A stretch of DNA of 64,000 nt from Podarcis cretensis (Eukaryota): positions 25,048,001-25,112,000 of the forward strand of contig OX638164.1 in the NCBI GenBank assembly GCA_951804945.1. Direction: 5' to 3'. The notes below the pieces were generated by a model. It did no database searches. It was not told the DNA's origin and was given only the letters and a program-made list of their open reading frames with translations. Both the position numbers and the translations under genes were made by a program. This document shows positions 11,126-24,888 of this stretch, one piece after another. Within the stretch, counting starts at the first letter, position 1, and the number at the start of each line of letters is the position of its first letter.

Positions 11126-12155
11126 CTGGAAGAGAAAGAACCATATCATTTGGGGAGTGTGGGGCAGGGGCAGGAGGACAGGTACTTTTTAAAGGTCACA
11201 CAGTTTCAGCTTCATGCTCTTTGAACATCTGGGAATCTGCAGCCGAAATCCTTCTCTTTCACAAGACCTAACTCTTCACCATTAAATCCTATGGTTAACC
11301 GGAATATAATTGCAACCTTGTATGCAGAAAGATTCACAGATTTCAGATATTCAGTAGCTTGAACACCCAGATAGACAATTCGTTTATTTATAACCTGGTC
11401 TCCCTTGTTCAGGAGCATTAATACACAATATAAAGCACTATTTTATTTATGTACAACCTAAAGATTAAAAACAGGCAAAACGCTAACTTCATCAGCCAAG
11501 GCGAGATACACCACTTTAGTCAATTGCTTAGAGGAACAGCCACATGTTTTACCTGGAATCAAAACTCAATTAAATTTGGTGCTACTTGCATCAATGCAAT
11601 AGTTATCCTCAACAGCTGAAATTGACTATTAATCCTCTCTTATCACCCCGGGGAGGTGAAATGGCAAACTTTGTGGTTTAGGTTGAGTCATATCTGGCGT
11701 AGTGATGTTAAGCAGAAGTAGCCTTCGTGCTGCAGGCATTCTGAGAAATGCTTGACAAAGCGCAAGAAAAAGGAACGCCTCAAAACCGCATTGCCTGCCA
11801 AGTTCCCAGCCTCTCTTACAAACAAAGAGAGGAAAAGCATGTGCAAGTCCCTCTCGGAGCTCACTCCAGAGCACAAAGGGCTACGGATGAGCTCTCTCAA
11901 AAGTTGGGATGTGGCACCGGCGGGTTTGCAGCATCAAAATCTAGTGCAAAAGATCCCCTTGGCAACAGGTGGAAAGCAGCTTGTCAGCCACAGCAGATGC
12001 TTCTGCCCTACACTGTTCACGAACCATGGAATTGCGCAAGAGGGGAGTACAGGGCTGGCCTGTAAGACCTACCATGCAGCAAAATTGGAAGTGTGCCCTG
12101 ATGCCAGCCTGCTGGTGGAATGCTTTCCGCACAAAGGCTTACCTGGCGTCTATCT

Positions 12156-12208
12156 GTGGCTGGGGAAACCCAGCCAGATGGGCAGGGTATAAATGAATAT
12201 AAAACGCA

Positions 12209-12280
<72 letters not shown>
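12156..12280 (+). mobile_element. L2 3' tip plus (ATT)n microsatellite tail
   Basis: Same terminal sequence as 30685-30768. Confidence 0.75.
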
Positions 12281-12281
<1 letters not shown>

Positions 12282-12370
12282 CAGGCATTTTATTTATCTC
12301 TTTAAGTCTTGAGTGGGGGGAGGCTTTTTTCATTTAAAAAAATGTAGTTAAAAATCTTCCACTGCTTATA

Positions 12371-12800
12371 CAGAAAGCTCCCCATTTAGGCAGGGGTTAC
12401 GTTCCAAGGCACCACGCATTTAAATGAAATCACATGTTCTGGGAACACCATTGAAAAAGCCTGCAAATGCCCTCCAAACCTCTGTAAGCCCTTGAAAAAC
12501 CCTTGAAAAAAATGCCCTGAGACCTCAGGGTAGAGGGTGGTATACAAATTCAATCAATCAAAATAAAATTAATAATAATAATAAACAACCACCACCAAAC
12601 TCCACCGCACATGCTTCCTCCAAACCTCCTTGCTCGAACTCCAATACCTCACAGGCCTCAAAGGTTGGTCCAAAAGTTTGTGGGATTGCTAGACACCATT
12701 TCTGCCCCTTTTTGTGCCACTTCTGGGTTCATAGTGATGTGTGTGTGTGTGTGATCACATGTGCCTTGAACATGCACATGTGTAAATGGGGAGTTGCCTG
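12371..12800. mobile_element. Tigger/pogo-like non-autonomous DNA transposon
   Basis: Imperfect TIRs CAGAAAGCTCCCCATTTA / TAAATGGGGAGTTGCCTG flanked by TA. Confidence 0.6.
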
Positions 12801-12950
12801 TATTGATTATATGTTCTGCTTCTAAACCTTTATGCTTTCTTTTTGTATTGTGGTCTCAAATCTGTACTTTATTATTTGATTGATGCTTTAAAACACCCAA
12901 AGAACTTTTTTTGTTGGGCAGCACAGAAACACTATATGAAACCAACGAAC

Positions 12951-13133
12951 CTGATAAGATTTCCGCATCCAGAGAGGTCCGGCTGAAGGCAGAGGTTGCA
13001 TTGGAGATATCTGAGAGGGTGCGGCGAGCCAGAGTCAACGGGAGGGCTGGCCTGGGCACGTCATAACCATCTTCCTCGTTCTCTGACTCCTCGGGGCCAT
13101 TGCTGGCATTGGCAGCAGCTACATCCCCTCCAT
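12951..13133 (-). CDS. CBL: CBL exon 15 (Y774-equivalent YDVP)
   Basis: [60 protein letters not shown]; 183 nt. Confidence 0.92.
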
Positions 13134-13489
13134 CTTAAAAGAAGAAGCAAGAAACTACAAAACAAGGAAGACACCTTTGGCTCCAGCCCCAGTTCCGGCA
13201 GACCTTGTCTGAGTGGAAACGTTTCAAAGGGAGACACTTCACAGCCAAAACCCAAAGCGGAGGATGTTGTACAAACGTCAGAAAGTGCAACGAACAGAAG
13301 GGAAGCAAAACTTGTCCCAATGTCACAGGCTGCGAAACACCATCCACCTTTTTTATTTTGTATTAGGCTCTCTTTTACTGACACCCTGATTTCCTTATGT
13401 AAAGCAAAAATCCCATCAGTGGAAGTGAGAGGACTCGGCTGTGGTATTTCTCCTGGTTGAATCATGATGTTTCTCCCCTGGGAACTTAC

Positions 13490-13593
13490 CAGGAATATTG
13501 GTAGCCTCAGAGCCAGAAGGAGCTGCCTGGGAGTGGATGTTGAACATTGCTTCATAGGTGCACCCGTCCATTTCCTGGTCACAGTCCAACATT
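13490..13593 (-). CDS. CBL: CBL exon 14 (Y731-equivalent YEAM)
   Basis: MLDCDQEMDGCTYEAMFNIHSQAAPSGSEATNIP; tag acceptor, gtaagt donor; 104 nt. Confidence 0.92.
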
Positions 13594-13892
13594 CTAAGCA
13601 GAGAAGAAGAAAAAGAAAGGGCATTGGCTTCAGGAACTCGGCTGGATCCCGCAGGAGGACAGGGCCATCAGCACCTAGTACCCAGGGCCATCAGCACCCA
13701 GAACATATCTGGGCAACATACTGCCAAAACTGCGCTCCATTTGTCCCCTACATTGTGCAAACCTTGAAGCATCACTCACCACCATATTTTCAAATACATT
13801 TCTACTCCAAGGCCCCATTCTGTATTTTTCTACTGCTACACAGAAACTTTGTGTATCGTGTTGAGTTGTTTTTGGGAAATGGATCATCAGTA

Positions 13893-14133
13893 CAGTGGTA
13901 CCTTGGAAGTCGAACAGAATCCGTTCCGGAAGTCCGTTCAACTTCCAAAACATTTGGAAACCAAGGTGTGGCTTCCGATTGGCTGCAGGAAACTCCTGCA
14001 GCCAATCGGAAGCTGGGTCGAACGTTTGGGTTCCAAAGAACATTCGCAAACCAGAACATTCACTTCCAGGTCTGTGGCGTTTGGGAGCCAAAACGTTCAA
14101 CTCGCAAGGTGTTCAGGATCCAAGGTACGACTG
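13893..14133. mobile_element. Tc1/mariner-type MITE
   Basis: TIR CAGTGGTACCTTGG / CCAAGGTACGACTG, TA TSD. Confidence 0.8.
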
Positions 14134-14474
14134 TACATTAGATACAAATGCAATACACCCTTTAAAAAAGTAAGTGACAAAAATGAGGTGAGGAGAGCAA
14201 GCATTTGCCACACCAGAATAAGCTTTAGAACCTGTGGACTGCCAGTTGTTGATGAACAGCAACTCCCATCACTCCTGATAGTTGGGAGTCCCGTCCTTCT
14301 GGAGGACCAGAGGTTCCCCCCATCCCAAAGGATCTGGATTACCCTAGAAGGGCAAGTCTCTGTTTTGGTTGTATTCAAAACTGAATTTCAAACATTTGCC
14401 ATACAAAACTAAGTCAGAGTTTGTTTTGTTTTGTTGTGAGCGTAATACATCTTTAATATCCTTTTGTATTTATA

Positions 14475-14643
14475 CCGTATTTTTTGCACCATAACACTCA
14501 CTTTTTTCCTCCTAAAAAGTAAGGGGAAATGTCTGTGCGTGTTATGGAGGGAATGCCTACGGGTGGCATGCCTACGGATTTTCCTCCTCTAAAAACTATG
14601 TGCGTGTTATGGTCGGGTGCGTGTTATAGAGTGAAAAATACGG
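14475..14643. mobile_element. Tc2/pogo-like MITE
   Basis: TIR CCGTATTTTT / AAAAATACGG, TA TSD, internal gtgcgtgttat repeats. Confidence 0.75.
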
Positions 14644-15073
14644 TAACTTCCCAAGTGCATCTCAAGATTTCTGAGCAAGGCAAACGAAGGATGCATCCTT
14701 ATGAGGAGGGGCTGACTGACAGCTGCCACAAAATATTTTATGAATCTGACTCTGCAGCAGCTGTTTGGACACATTCAAAAGGAACCCACACCCAGACACA
14801 AAGCAACTCAACTGCAGATGGCAATACTACATAAATCAAGGGACATAACGAAGAAACTTTTGGATGATGGGCTGTCTTTCAAAGGCTATGCCAAAACTTT
14901 CAAAGTGGGACTCAGATGGAGTGTTGATATAAATCCGTAAGTTATCAGTAGTTGCTTTTAAGTATCACAACTGACTCAGAGCCTTTGGAATCTAGAAATG
15001 GGAAAATAAATAAACCCAATGGCAAGCAAGTAAATAATCCAGCCATTGTACTGCCCTGAATGGGCCGCCTCAC

Positions 15074-15229
15074 CGTGAGCTTTGACTCATTTCCAAGGGC
15101 AATTTGGCCTCTGGTTTTTGTACAGCAGAGCCAGGGGGCACAAGAGGCAAGGACGAGGGTGACATGTACTCTGTGTCTTCATCATTCTCCGAGTGCTCTC
15201 CAGGCGGTAGCTTTGGCACAAGCAACGGT
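15074..15229 (-). CDS. CBL: CBL exon 13 (Y700-equivalent DTEYM)
   Basis: [52 protein letters not shown]; 156 nt. Confidence 0.92.
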
Positions 15230-15808
15230 CTAGAGGAGAGAGCGAGAAGGTTCACAGTCAACGGTGACATCTAACAAGGACAAAATAGCAGCAATCGGCT
15301 CTCTGAGAACAAAGTGTCAAACAAGGGGCTTCCAGCTCAAGAATCAGATTCTAGGAACGCAACACTGTGACGTGTTGTGTGTCACACGGGGCGGTTCAAG
15401 GTGTGCCATGGTGGCATCTGTCAGGTAGCAGAGGCCTCAGAGCCTTGTGGGTAAATGGGGAAGGAGGGTCAGTTTCAATAAGCTGATTTATTATACCCTT
15501 TTAGGGTTGCGATGCTCTAACCACTCTCCAGACGGGTTTATAAATTTACAACTCTGGGAGTCCTCAGGACATTTTGACTGATTTTCGGGACTGAAATAAC
15601 TCAAAAACATAAACAGGGTAACATAAAAAAAACTTCAAAACCTCCAATTCAGCCAGATTAATGTAAAATATCTGATCTATTCCATAGTTCCTGCACTTAT
15701 TTTATATTTGCCCCCCCATACCCCTCTAAGGAGCACAGTAAGTGACAAATGCAAGAGAAGCCACATGCTGAAACTAACAAGGCTGGAGTTCTGCATTCAA
15801 ATACAATA

Positions 15809-16038
15809 CAGTGGTACCTCATGTTACGGACGGGATCCGTTCCAAAGGCCCGTCCATAACGTGAAATGCCCACAACTCGAATCGCCGTGTCTGTGCAGGC
15901 GCACAGTGCAAATTTGGCGCTTCTGCGCATGCATGAACGGCGAAACCCGGAAGTAACCTGTTCCGGTACTTCTGGGTTGCTGCGGGATGTAACGCGAAAA
16001 GACACAACATGAAGCGGATGCAACACGAGGTATGACTG
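15809..16038. mobile_element. Tc1/mariner-type MITE
   Basis: CAGTGGTACCTC / GAGGTATGACTG termini; CpG-rich interior. Confidence 0.75.
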
Positions 16039-16152
16039 TCCAGTAATTCATCTCAGAAATGCACCCACTGATGACCCTTGGTATACATCAATTGTACACT
16101 GGCTGCAATTCAAGGAAATTTCTGTCGGCAAAGCCCCCGCTCCAGAGCATAC

Positions 16153-16247
16153 CTTACAGCAAGAGAGTAGATGGCGTTGGCAGAAGAAGAAGGTTTTATT
16201 TTAGAATGTTCACTGTCTGAGCCAGTTGGGACCCCGCCAGGTTGATT
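16153..16247 (-). CDS. CBL: CBL exon 12
   Basis: NQPGGVPTGSDSEHSKIKPSSSANAIYSLAV; 95 nt. Confidence 0.92.
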
Positions 16248-17237
16248 CTGCAAGATAAATCAAATACCAGCAATGGCAGATGGTCTGAAAGAAAAGGGAG
16301 ACATCCCCACGAAGCCCACGTTTACCTTTTCATGGTAAGAAGGAATTCCTAGGGGTTGCTTGTTACCCAATCTAAAGGGCCGTATGTCAGAAAGACTTGC
16401 TTTGCAATTTCGAAACAGCTACTGTCTGGAAACTTGCTTGAAAAAAAATATGACCAAGCAAGCAGGGCAAGTGGTAAAAAAAAACCAAGCTTTTTTCCTT
16501 GCTTGCTATTATGGGCTGCTTGCTATTATGGGTAAAGCATGCAGTGTTAGGAAGCTGGTTCAGTGAGATTATAAAAAACAGTTCCCTGAATCCAGTAGGG
16601 ATGTTCTGGACAAACCAGAAACTGTTGGCTTAGTAGCTAAAATATTGCTCTTGTGTAGTGCCTCCAATGACCCAAGTAGTCATTGTTGGGTGTGTGTACC
16701 GGTGGTTTCAGCGGACAAGTACTCTTCACACTGCTTCCTAGCCCACTCAAATAACTCAACTGCAACTGGCATTACAGGAGTTTTTCCATGTTAACTATTC
16801 TGTTTAATATGTAATGCTACAGTCCAGTTCATTCTAGGCCTTCTCTGTGTCTAGGTGGGGTGGCAGACCACAGACACTTGCACACATTCACCTAACACAG
16901 GAGACCTGAGAATACCAGTCCAAATACACGCACCATTTGTGCAACCCTGCCCCTTTCGATTCATGCACATAGATTCACAGAATGAGAAAGGTGAGATAAG
17001 ATCCCAGAGATGTCAGTGTCTACAGCCTACATCTCTGCTGGTTATGCTGCACACATGGTGGGGAAGGCATAACACTGATACTGATTCACCCCCACACCCT
17101 CCAGAGGAGTTCCAGCTAAGTGTATGAACCAACTCACAGGCAAAGATTGTTCTGTGAGATCTCACTAGGTCAGAGTTGGCGGGAAGGATCTGGAATCCCT
17201 CCTCCAAAATCTTTTTTCTAACACTTAATGAATAATA

Positions 17238-17594
17238 AAGGTAAAGGGACCCCTGACCAATAGGTCCAGTCGTGAACGACTCTGGGGTTGTGTGCTCATC
17301 TCACTCTATAGGCAGAGGGAGCTGGCGTTTGTCCGCAGACAGCTTCCGGGTCATGTGGCCAGCATGACAAAGCCACTTCTGGCGAACCAGAGCAGCGCAC
17401 GGAAACGCTGTTTACCTTCCCGCCAGAGCAGTACCTATTTATCTACTTGCACTTTGACGTGCTTTTGAACTGCTAGGTAGGCAGGAGCAGGGACCGAGGA
17501 ACGGGAGCTCACCCCATCACAGGGATTCGAACCGCCGACCTTCCAATCGGCAAGCCCTAGGCTCTGTGGTTTAGGCCACAGCGCCACCCGCGTC
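17238..17594 (-). mobile_element. Sauria SINE, full length
   Basis: Highly similar to 2725-3063 and retains the ACCTTT-type tail; TSD TGAATAATA at 17229-17237 and 17595-17603. Confidence 0.9.
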
Positions 17595-17677
17595 TGAATA
17601 ATACAGAGCAGCAATTTTCCACGCAGGGCGTATGAGTGTGCAAAACTAACACAGCCGCTGGCCTGAGATGCACTTAC

Positions 17678-18055
17678 TGCTGGGGTGTCCAGGCTGAGAG
17701 TGCTCCCGAGCCTGTGAGTGTCAGCTCTGGAATCCATCTGAGAAGGCAGCGAGAATGGAAGCGAGTGCCGGTTTGTCAACTCCCGACTTGTCCAAGGCTC
17801 ATTGGGGCTTAGGGCTACAGCTGGAGCTTTCGGAATCGGCCGCAACGACCAGAGGTCCCCCTGGCGGTTACAAGGCACAGGGGGTAACTTGTCCCTGGTA
17901 GGACAATCTCCTGGAGTGCAGGGCAGAGGCCGCCTCTGAGGCCGACTCTCGGGCCCAAGGGAATGCGGCCTGTCCGGAGGTGGCGGAGGGGGGAGATCTC
18001 GATGCGTCGGAGGGATCGGCAAAGGTTTGTCCTTGTGGAGGGAGCTGGGTGCAGC
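17678..18055 (-). CDS. CBL: CBL exon 11 (proline-rich)
   Basis: [30 protein letters not shown]...[11 protein letters not shown]...SLDTPA; 378 nt; donor gtaagt. Confidence 0.95.
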
Positions 18056-18425
18056 CTAGGAGAAACAAAGACCAGTAAGTAAGATGGGAAAAGCTGGCAA
18101 GTGAAGTCTAAGCTTGCAATCAGAATCCTGGTGTCCCACAAAAACCTGAATCCGGTAGCAACTGCAGGGTAACAAGAAACTGAGGCATGTCCTGAGGGCA
18201 AGCACCACTAAATGGTTGTGCTGAGTAACACAATATCCATCAGTACGGCGGCCAGGAGTGTCAAACGCCAGACAAGATGGCAAGCCAATGCGTACCCTGG
18301 TTTGCACTCAAGGAAGAGATGGTCCAGATAGCAAAATAATGAAACACACGAGACAGCTTCCACACAGATCTCCTCGGATAAAAGGAAGATTACCCCATTC
18401 GGAAAGAGGAAGGTGTCATTCCTAC

Positions 18426-18834
18426 TGTCAGGGAACTGCCATCGGAGAGTCAGGTGGTGGAAGGGCTCAAAGAGGCTAGGAGACCCTCGGATGCTGAGGA
18501 AGGAACCAGCAGGGGGAGAGAGAGAGTTCCCGCAGAAACTCAGTCGGAGGGATGGCTCCAAGATACTTCCAGTGAGAACAGCGGAGAGGTTTCAGGACCT
18601 CCGCTGGGGACGCCTACTCCGCGCAGGAAACTGTCACGCAGAGAATCCAGAAGGAGAGTTTCCGTTAAGGAACTCTTATGTTGGCGTAAATTCCGGAAGC
18701 GCCCACTGACGGATTCTGCCAGCGATTGAGGTAGCCATGCATCCATGGCTCCGCGGACTGGGAGAGTTTAGAAACTGATTGCATGAGTTGAGAACTCAAC
18801 CATTTACACACAAGCAGCCCCTTAACCCATTACA
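18426..18834. mobile_element. Solo LTR in CBL intron 10
   Basis: TG...CA termini (TGTCAGGG...CCCATTACA), exact 5-bp TSD CCTAC, GC/CpG-rich relative to flanks. Confidence 0.75.
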
Positions 18835-18876
18835 CCTACTTTCACCACTACAAAAGAAGACAGGTGGAGTTTGTAC

Positions 18877-19008
18877 CTTACAGGTGGTCCCTGGACTAGA
18901 AGCTCCTGATGGATTGGACACTCGTTGCTGCAGAAGGTCTAATCGGGGAGGTACTGGGGGGAGCGATGCCTGAGGAGCCATTGAAAATGGAGAAGGAGGA
19001 CGTTCTAC
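18877..19008 (-). CDS. CBL: CBL exon 10
   Basis: [44 protein letters not shown]; 132 nt. Confidence 0.95.
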
Positions 19009-19046
19009 CTGCAAATATTTCAAAAGAAGCCCTGGTTAAAGGTGTT

Positions 19047-19110
19047 GGTGTGTGTGTGTGTGTGTGTGGGTGGGTGTGTGTGTGGGTGGGTGGGTGTGTG
19101 GGTGTGGGTG
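19047..19110. repeat. Compound (GT)n/(GGGT)n microsatellite just upstream of the CBL exon 10 acceptor
   Basis: Directly visible. Confidence 0.9.
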
Positions 19111-20028
19111 TTAATAACAAAGTTCCCACTGCCTGAGGCTGTGAGCTAGCAATTTACCTTGAACACAGTGCTGGGCATATAGAGATACGCTGAATTTCCC
19201 CCACAGCCCTGATACTTCATTTCGAAAGGAACATGCTCTGAATATAGACTTGTCACCGACAAGTCTGCACACCACACTGCATGCCCACCTTGGGCTGTCC
19301 ATGAAAAGCACATCTACTGTAGAGTGAGAGGCAAGGGTGATGTCCACTGTTTCCAGGAACTCTTCTCATTGTGGGAATTTTTTTTTGGGGGGGGGGTGAG
19401 CTGAGAGTTTGCTTGGACCCTGAGTGAGAACCTGGAAGCTGAGTGGGAGGTGTGTCAGAAAGAAAATGAATTTGTACAGATTCTTATATATTGGTAACGT
19501 TGCATCAACATAACATTTTTATTTGTAAACGTGCATTTTTTATAATATTTTATTCATCTGTGGTTGCTTCAGTTTCCTGTACACTGCTTAGAGAGGCTTT
19601 CAATATATTAAGTCGTATAGAAATTAAATATCCAAACAACCCAGCCCACAGGCACTGGATTTTCAACCTGGCTATTTTTTTTTATTTAGCCACTAGATGG
19701 CGTGCTCTGTCATCATGAGCACAGGCCCAGCTGACACAGAAATAGGAAATACTTGTGTAAATGGTCTCTTGCCATGATTATGTGCACAAAACAAAGAACA
19801 ACATGGTTCACATACAAGTCAAACCAAATACCAGAAGTCTATATGCAATTATAAAATTGCTTTAAGGTAGGCCAAGGTTAAGAACCTTCTCCAGGTACGG
19901 ATCCATTTACAGCCAAAAGCAGCTTGACCCACATGCGAGAGAATCACTGGGCTTGGGAGAACCATGGAATTACAAAACAGAACAATGCAAAAGGCTGCTA
20001 AAAGGAAGAAGACAAACTATTCCTATTA

Positions 20029-20264
20029 CAGTGGTACCTCAGAACTCGAATGGCTCCGTTCTCAAACATTTCGGCTCCTGAATGCCGAAAACCCAGAAGT
20101 GCTCTGGTTTTCGAATGTTTCTCGGAACACGAACGTCCAACGCGGCTTCCACTGTGCAAAAACCTAGCTGTCGGCCAATCAGAAGCAGTGCCTTAGAACT
20201 TGAACGTTTCGGAAGTTGAACAGTGTTCTGGAATGGATTATGTTCGAGTTCTGAGGTACCACTG
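20029..20264. mobile_element. Tc1/mariner-type MITE
   Basis: Long TIR CAGTGGTACCTCAGAACTCGAA / TTCGAGTTCTGAGGTACCACTG, TA TSD. Confidence 0.85.
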
Positions 20265-20299
20265 TATCTTATTAATCTTCTTTTTTTCTGACAGAGAGA

Positions 20300-21395
20300 G
20301 TTAGAAGCTTAGTGGATCAGGGAAATGCTGTGGATGTACATAGCTTGAATTCACTAAGGCTTTCAAAGTCCCCCATGATATTCTTGCAGAGAAGCTAGTA
20401 AAATGTGGGCTAGATGATGTTACTGTTAGGTGGATTTGTAGCAGGTTGACTGACTAAACCCAAAGAGCACTCACTAATGGTTCCTTGCCATCCTGGAAAA
20501 CTGGGACAAGTGGGGTGCTCCAAGGTTCTGTTGTTCAACATCTTTATAAAAGACTTGGGTGAAAGAATTGAGGGAGGGGTAGCCAATACCTCAGAAGATT
20601 GATTCAATATTACCTTAACAGATTGAAGAACTGGGCCAAAACTAACCAAACAAATTTCAACAGCGACAAATGTAAGTTTCTACACTTAGGCCAGAAAAGC
20701 CAGATGCAGGATAGGGGACAACTGACGGCAGCAGTACCTCCGAAAAGGATCTAGGGGTCTCAGTAGTCCCCAAACCTAATGTGAGTCAACCATGTGATGC
20801 AGCAGCCAAAAACCCCTAATGTTCTGTACTGCAACAGAAGTATAGTGTCTGGATCAAGGGAAGTACTGGTATCACTCTATTCTGCCTGAGTCAGATACCA
20901 CTGGGAGTATAGTGCGTCTAGTTCTGAGCACCACAGTTGAAGGAGGATACTGACAAACTGAAAGGTATGCAGAGGAGGGTGACCAAGATGATCAAGGGTC
21001 TGCAAACCAAGCCTTATAAGGAACGCTTGAAGGAGCTGGGTATATTTAAACAGGAGAGGTGATATGATAAGCTATCTTCAAATATCTGAAGGGCTGTCAC
21101 ATGAGAGATGGAGCAAGCTTGTTTTCTGCTGTTCCAGAGGCCAGGACCAAACCAATGGATGCAAATAACAAGAAAGAAGATTCCAATTAAACATCTGGGA
21201 GAACATTCCGACAGTAAGAGCTGTTCAACTGTGGGATGGTCTCCCTCGGAAGGCAATGGGCTCTTGTTTCATTGGAAGCTTTTAAGCAGAGGTTGGATGG
21301 CCATTTGGCAGGGATTCTTTAGGTACAATTCCTCCATTGGAGGCAGTTGGACTAGACCACCCGTGAGGCCTCTTCCAACTCCACAATTCTATGAT
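20300..21395 (+). mobile_element. CR1 LINE 3' fragment (degenerate RT region and tail; ends approximate)
   Basis: Decayed CR1 ORF2-like sequence (KAF..VPH, GVLQGS, DLGV motifs) ending ccttccaactccacaattctatgat. Confidence 0.85.
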
Positions 21396-21957
21396 GGTAT
21401 GAAAAAACAGCCTCATGAGGACCAAAACACGCTGGGGGCAATGCATGCTCTAAGTGACTGCTGAAAGGGGACAATCAGAACGGAATGGTGTGGAGTAGAA
21501 TGGGCATGGCTGGCACGCAGGCATCTTGAACAGGAAAGCTCCACACTAACATTTTGTTGCAGATCCACATATATATGTGTGTGTGTGTGTGTGTGATAGA
21601 GAGATCTCCTGGCAGTGGTTTGTAGCCAAGGTTTCTTACTCAGTCGTTTCTTTCTACAAAATGAGGAAGGAAGCAAGTTTGGTGATTCCTTCTCCCCCTT
21701 GCAACCCCCTGCCCCCTCCAAAATCTGCTCCAGAGGATTAAGGAAATCATACCATCACCAGAGCAACACCACTGGATCTATGACTAGCATTTGAATCCAG
21801 GAAGTCTTAAGCCACCCAAGAGGACAAGTGAGATGTTAGGCAAGATCAGCACACACAGCTCATACTGGGAGGGAGTCAGGTTCCAGGGCATGATCTGAAG
21901 GCAGAGGCGGCTGCGACCTTGCTGAAAGCAAGCAGGTCTGGGGTGAGTCAATGCCTA

Positions 21958-22269
<312 letters not shown>

Positions 22270-23076
22270 CTACAAGTTTGTGGTTGTTGTTATATTTATT
22301 TATACCCTGCCTTTTTCTCTGACAGGCCTCAAGGCAGCCTACATATAATGGTGTACCCATGGTGAGAAGAAACCTTGTCAGTAAGAACATACTAATGCCA
22401 GCTAGAGGAAAGAAAAGGAAAACTGAAGTGCCCCACAACTGCAGCATTTCTGCTAGAACTATTCTTTGTCAATATCATAAAAAAGTGAGTCAAAGAAAGT
22501 GTTTCATTCTCTCTCTCTCTCTTTAGAATAGAACTTGTGGACATTGAAGGAAACTGAACATCGGGAGAGACAAAAGAACAGTGCAAAGTTAAACAATAAA
22601 AATCATTCCTGTGAGAGGCAGTGACAGCCAACAATGTGGATAGTTTTCAAAGAGGATTAGATAACTTCATGGAAGCTATCAGTGGCTACTAAACACAATG
22701 GCCTTGTTCAACTTCCACTGTTGGGAGTTCTGGTCCTCCTCAGAGTAGACGCTTTAAAATTAATGGGCCTAACTTAATCCATTAACTTAACTGGGTTGGC
22801 TACAACCCAGTACGGCTCTGAATGCCAGTTGCTGGGAATCACAAACTGGGAGAGTGATGTGGTTGTGCTCAGGTCCGGCTTTCAGGTTTCTTCTAGGTAC
22901 CTTAGTTGGCTGTGGTGAGAACAGGAATGTGAACTAGATAGGCCATTGGCCTGATCCAGCCACCAGGCTCTTCCTGTGCATAACCGCTTATTTGCATTGA
23001 AGACAACATGGCCTAAAGACAACTCCCAACCCCCACAGAGACACCTTTTGTAGACTTGCCAGTATCTGCTTCATCA

Positions 23077-23298
<222 letters not shown>

Positions 23299-23739
23299 CT
23301 AAGAGCAAGAGGGAAAAGAACACGTGGGAGGGTTTAATCATGCTGCTCCTTGTAATAACTGCCAGATAACCCAAATGTACGAGGTGGTAACATTTGTGTT
23401 CTTTAATATAACCAAGAGCGTCACCTAGATGGCTTTCAAAATCCCAGTGCTGGCAATGAAAAATTTAAGGCATGCACTTAAAAAAAAAAAAAAGGCCTAT
23501 GGCCACATATTTTCTTCTCCAAAGAGGTGGCAGTCAAAGGTCACCAAAATGGAATTGGCCTGATTATACCACCCCACTCCTTAAGAACAAAGGTTTCCAG
23601 AGTCATGCCCTTGAATAAGAAGAAAAAAATTAACATTACAAGCTCTCCACTCTGAACCATGTTCCTGACTGCCCTGGGATCCAATTGAGATTTAATGGTC
23701 TTTCCTCCCAAAGCTGAGCTCGGAGTTATGCTTTGTTTA

Positions 23740-24021
<282 letters not shown>

Positions 24022-24681
24022 TCAGTTGGGAAATATAATGCTTTGGGCAGCGGGGGGTGATTTTGATGAATAATTGTCTTAAAGGCAAGCACCTATAAAA
24101 TGAAGAATGCTTTTTTAAAAAGCTTGTTTTCTGGTTGCCATATGTGCTAAAACAAAGGTGATGATAAATGACAAGTGCTTTTAACTTCAACTTCCTCACC
24201 TAGTCACTCTTGTCACAATACCTTGGCCGAACAACTGGGCAAGGCCACAACTGCATCACAGTTGTGCTCTTTGTGCTCTGAGCACAACGTCCAACTGAAG
24301 AGCCTAAAAGCTGAAAGGCGAAACTGACACACATTTTAGGACTGCAAGAATAATCTCAAATTCAGAGCCCATTCCCAAATCTGACAATTAAGCATGTGTT
24401 TGTGAAAACTGTGAATGTATAAGCCTAAAGGTTGTGCATTTACGTGGTCAACAGAATGGGAAAATGCCTTAAAAAATCATAGAGAATGGAGTTATCACTG
24501 CTTGATGTTTCAAAAGTACTACACCTTTGACAAGTCCCAGCATAATGAATGCAGCTGTTTCCATCTGCCTTCCAGGGGCAGGAGCCAAGGAGGTAAAACC
24601 TGCATCTGAAGGGCATCATCCTACAGACACACTAACAAAAATGGGCAGGAGTCATGACAAACTACATTGATGAGTTACTTA

Positions 24682-24888
<207 letters not shown>

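Noticed and set aside
12120-12333. Poly-Leu/poly-Ile ORFs (also near 37019-37364 and 54181-54622)
   Set aside because: Translations of (ATT)n microsatellites
13061-14412. Several long overlapping ORFs (141-225 aa)
   Set aside because: They run through intron and MITE sequence or off-frame/antisense across CBL exon 14; no recognisable protein
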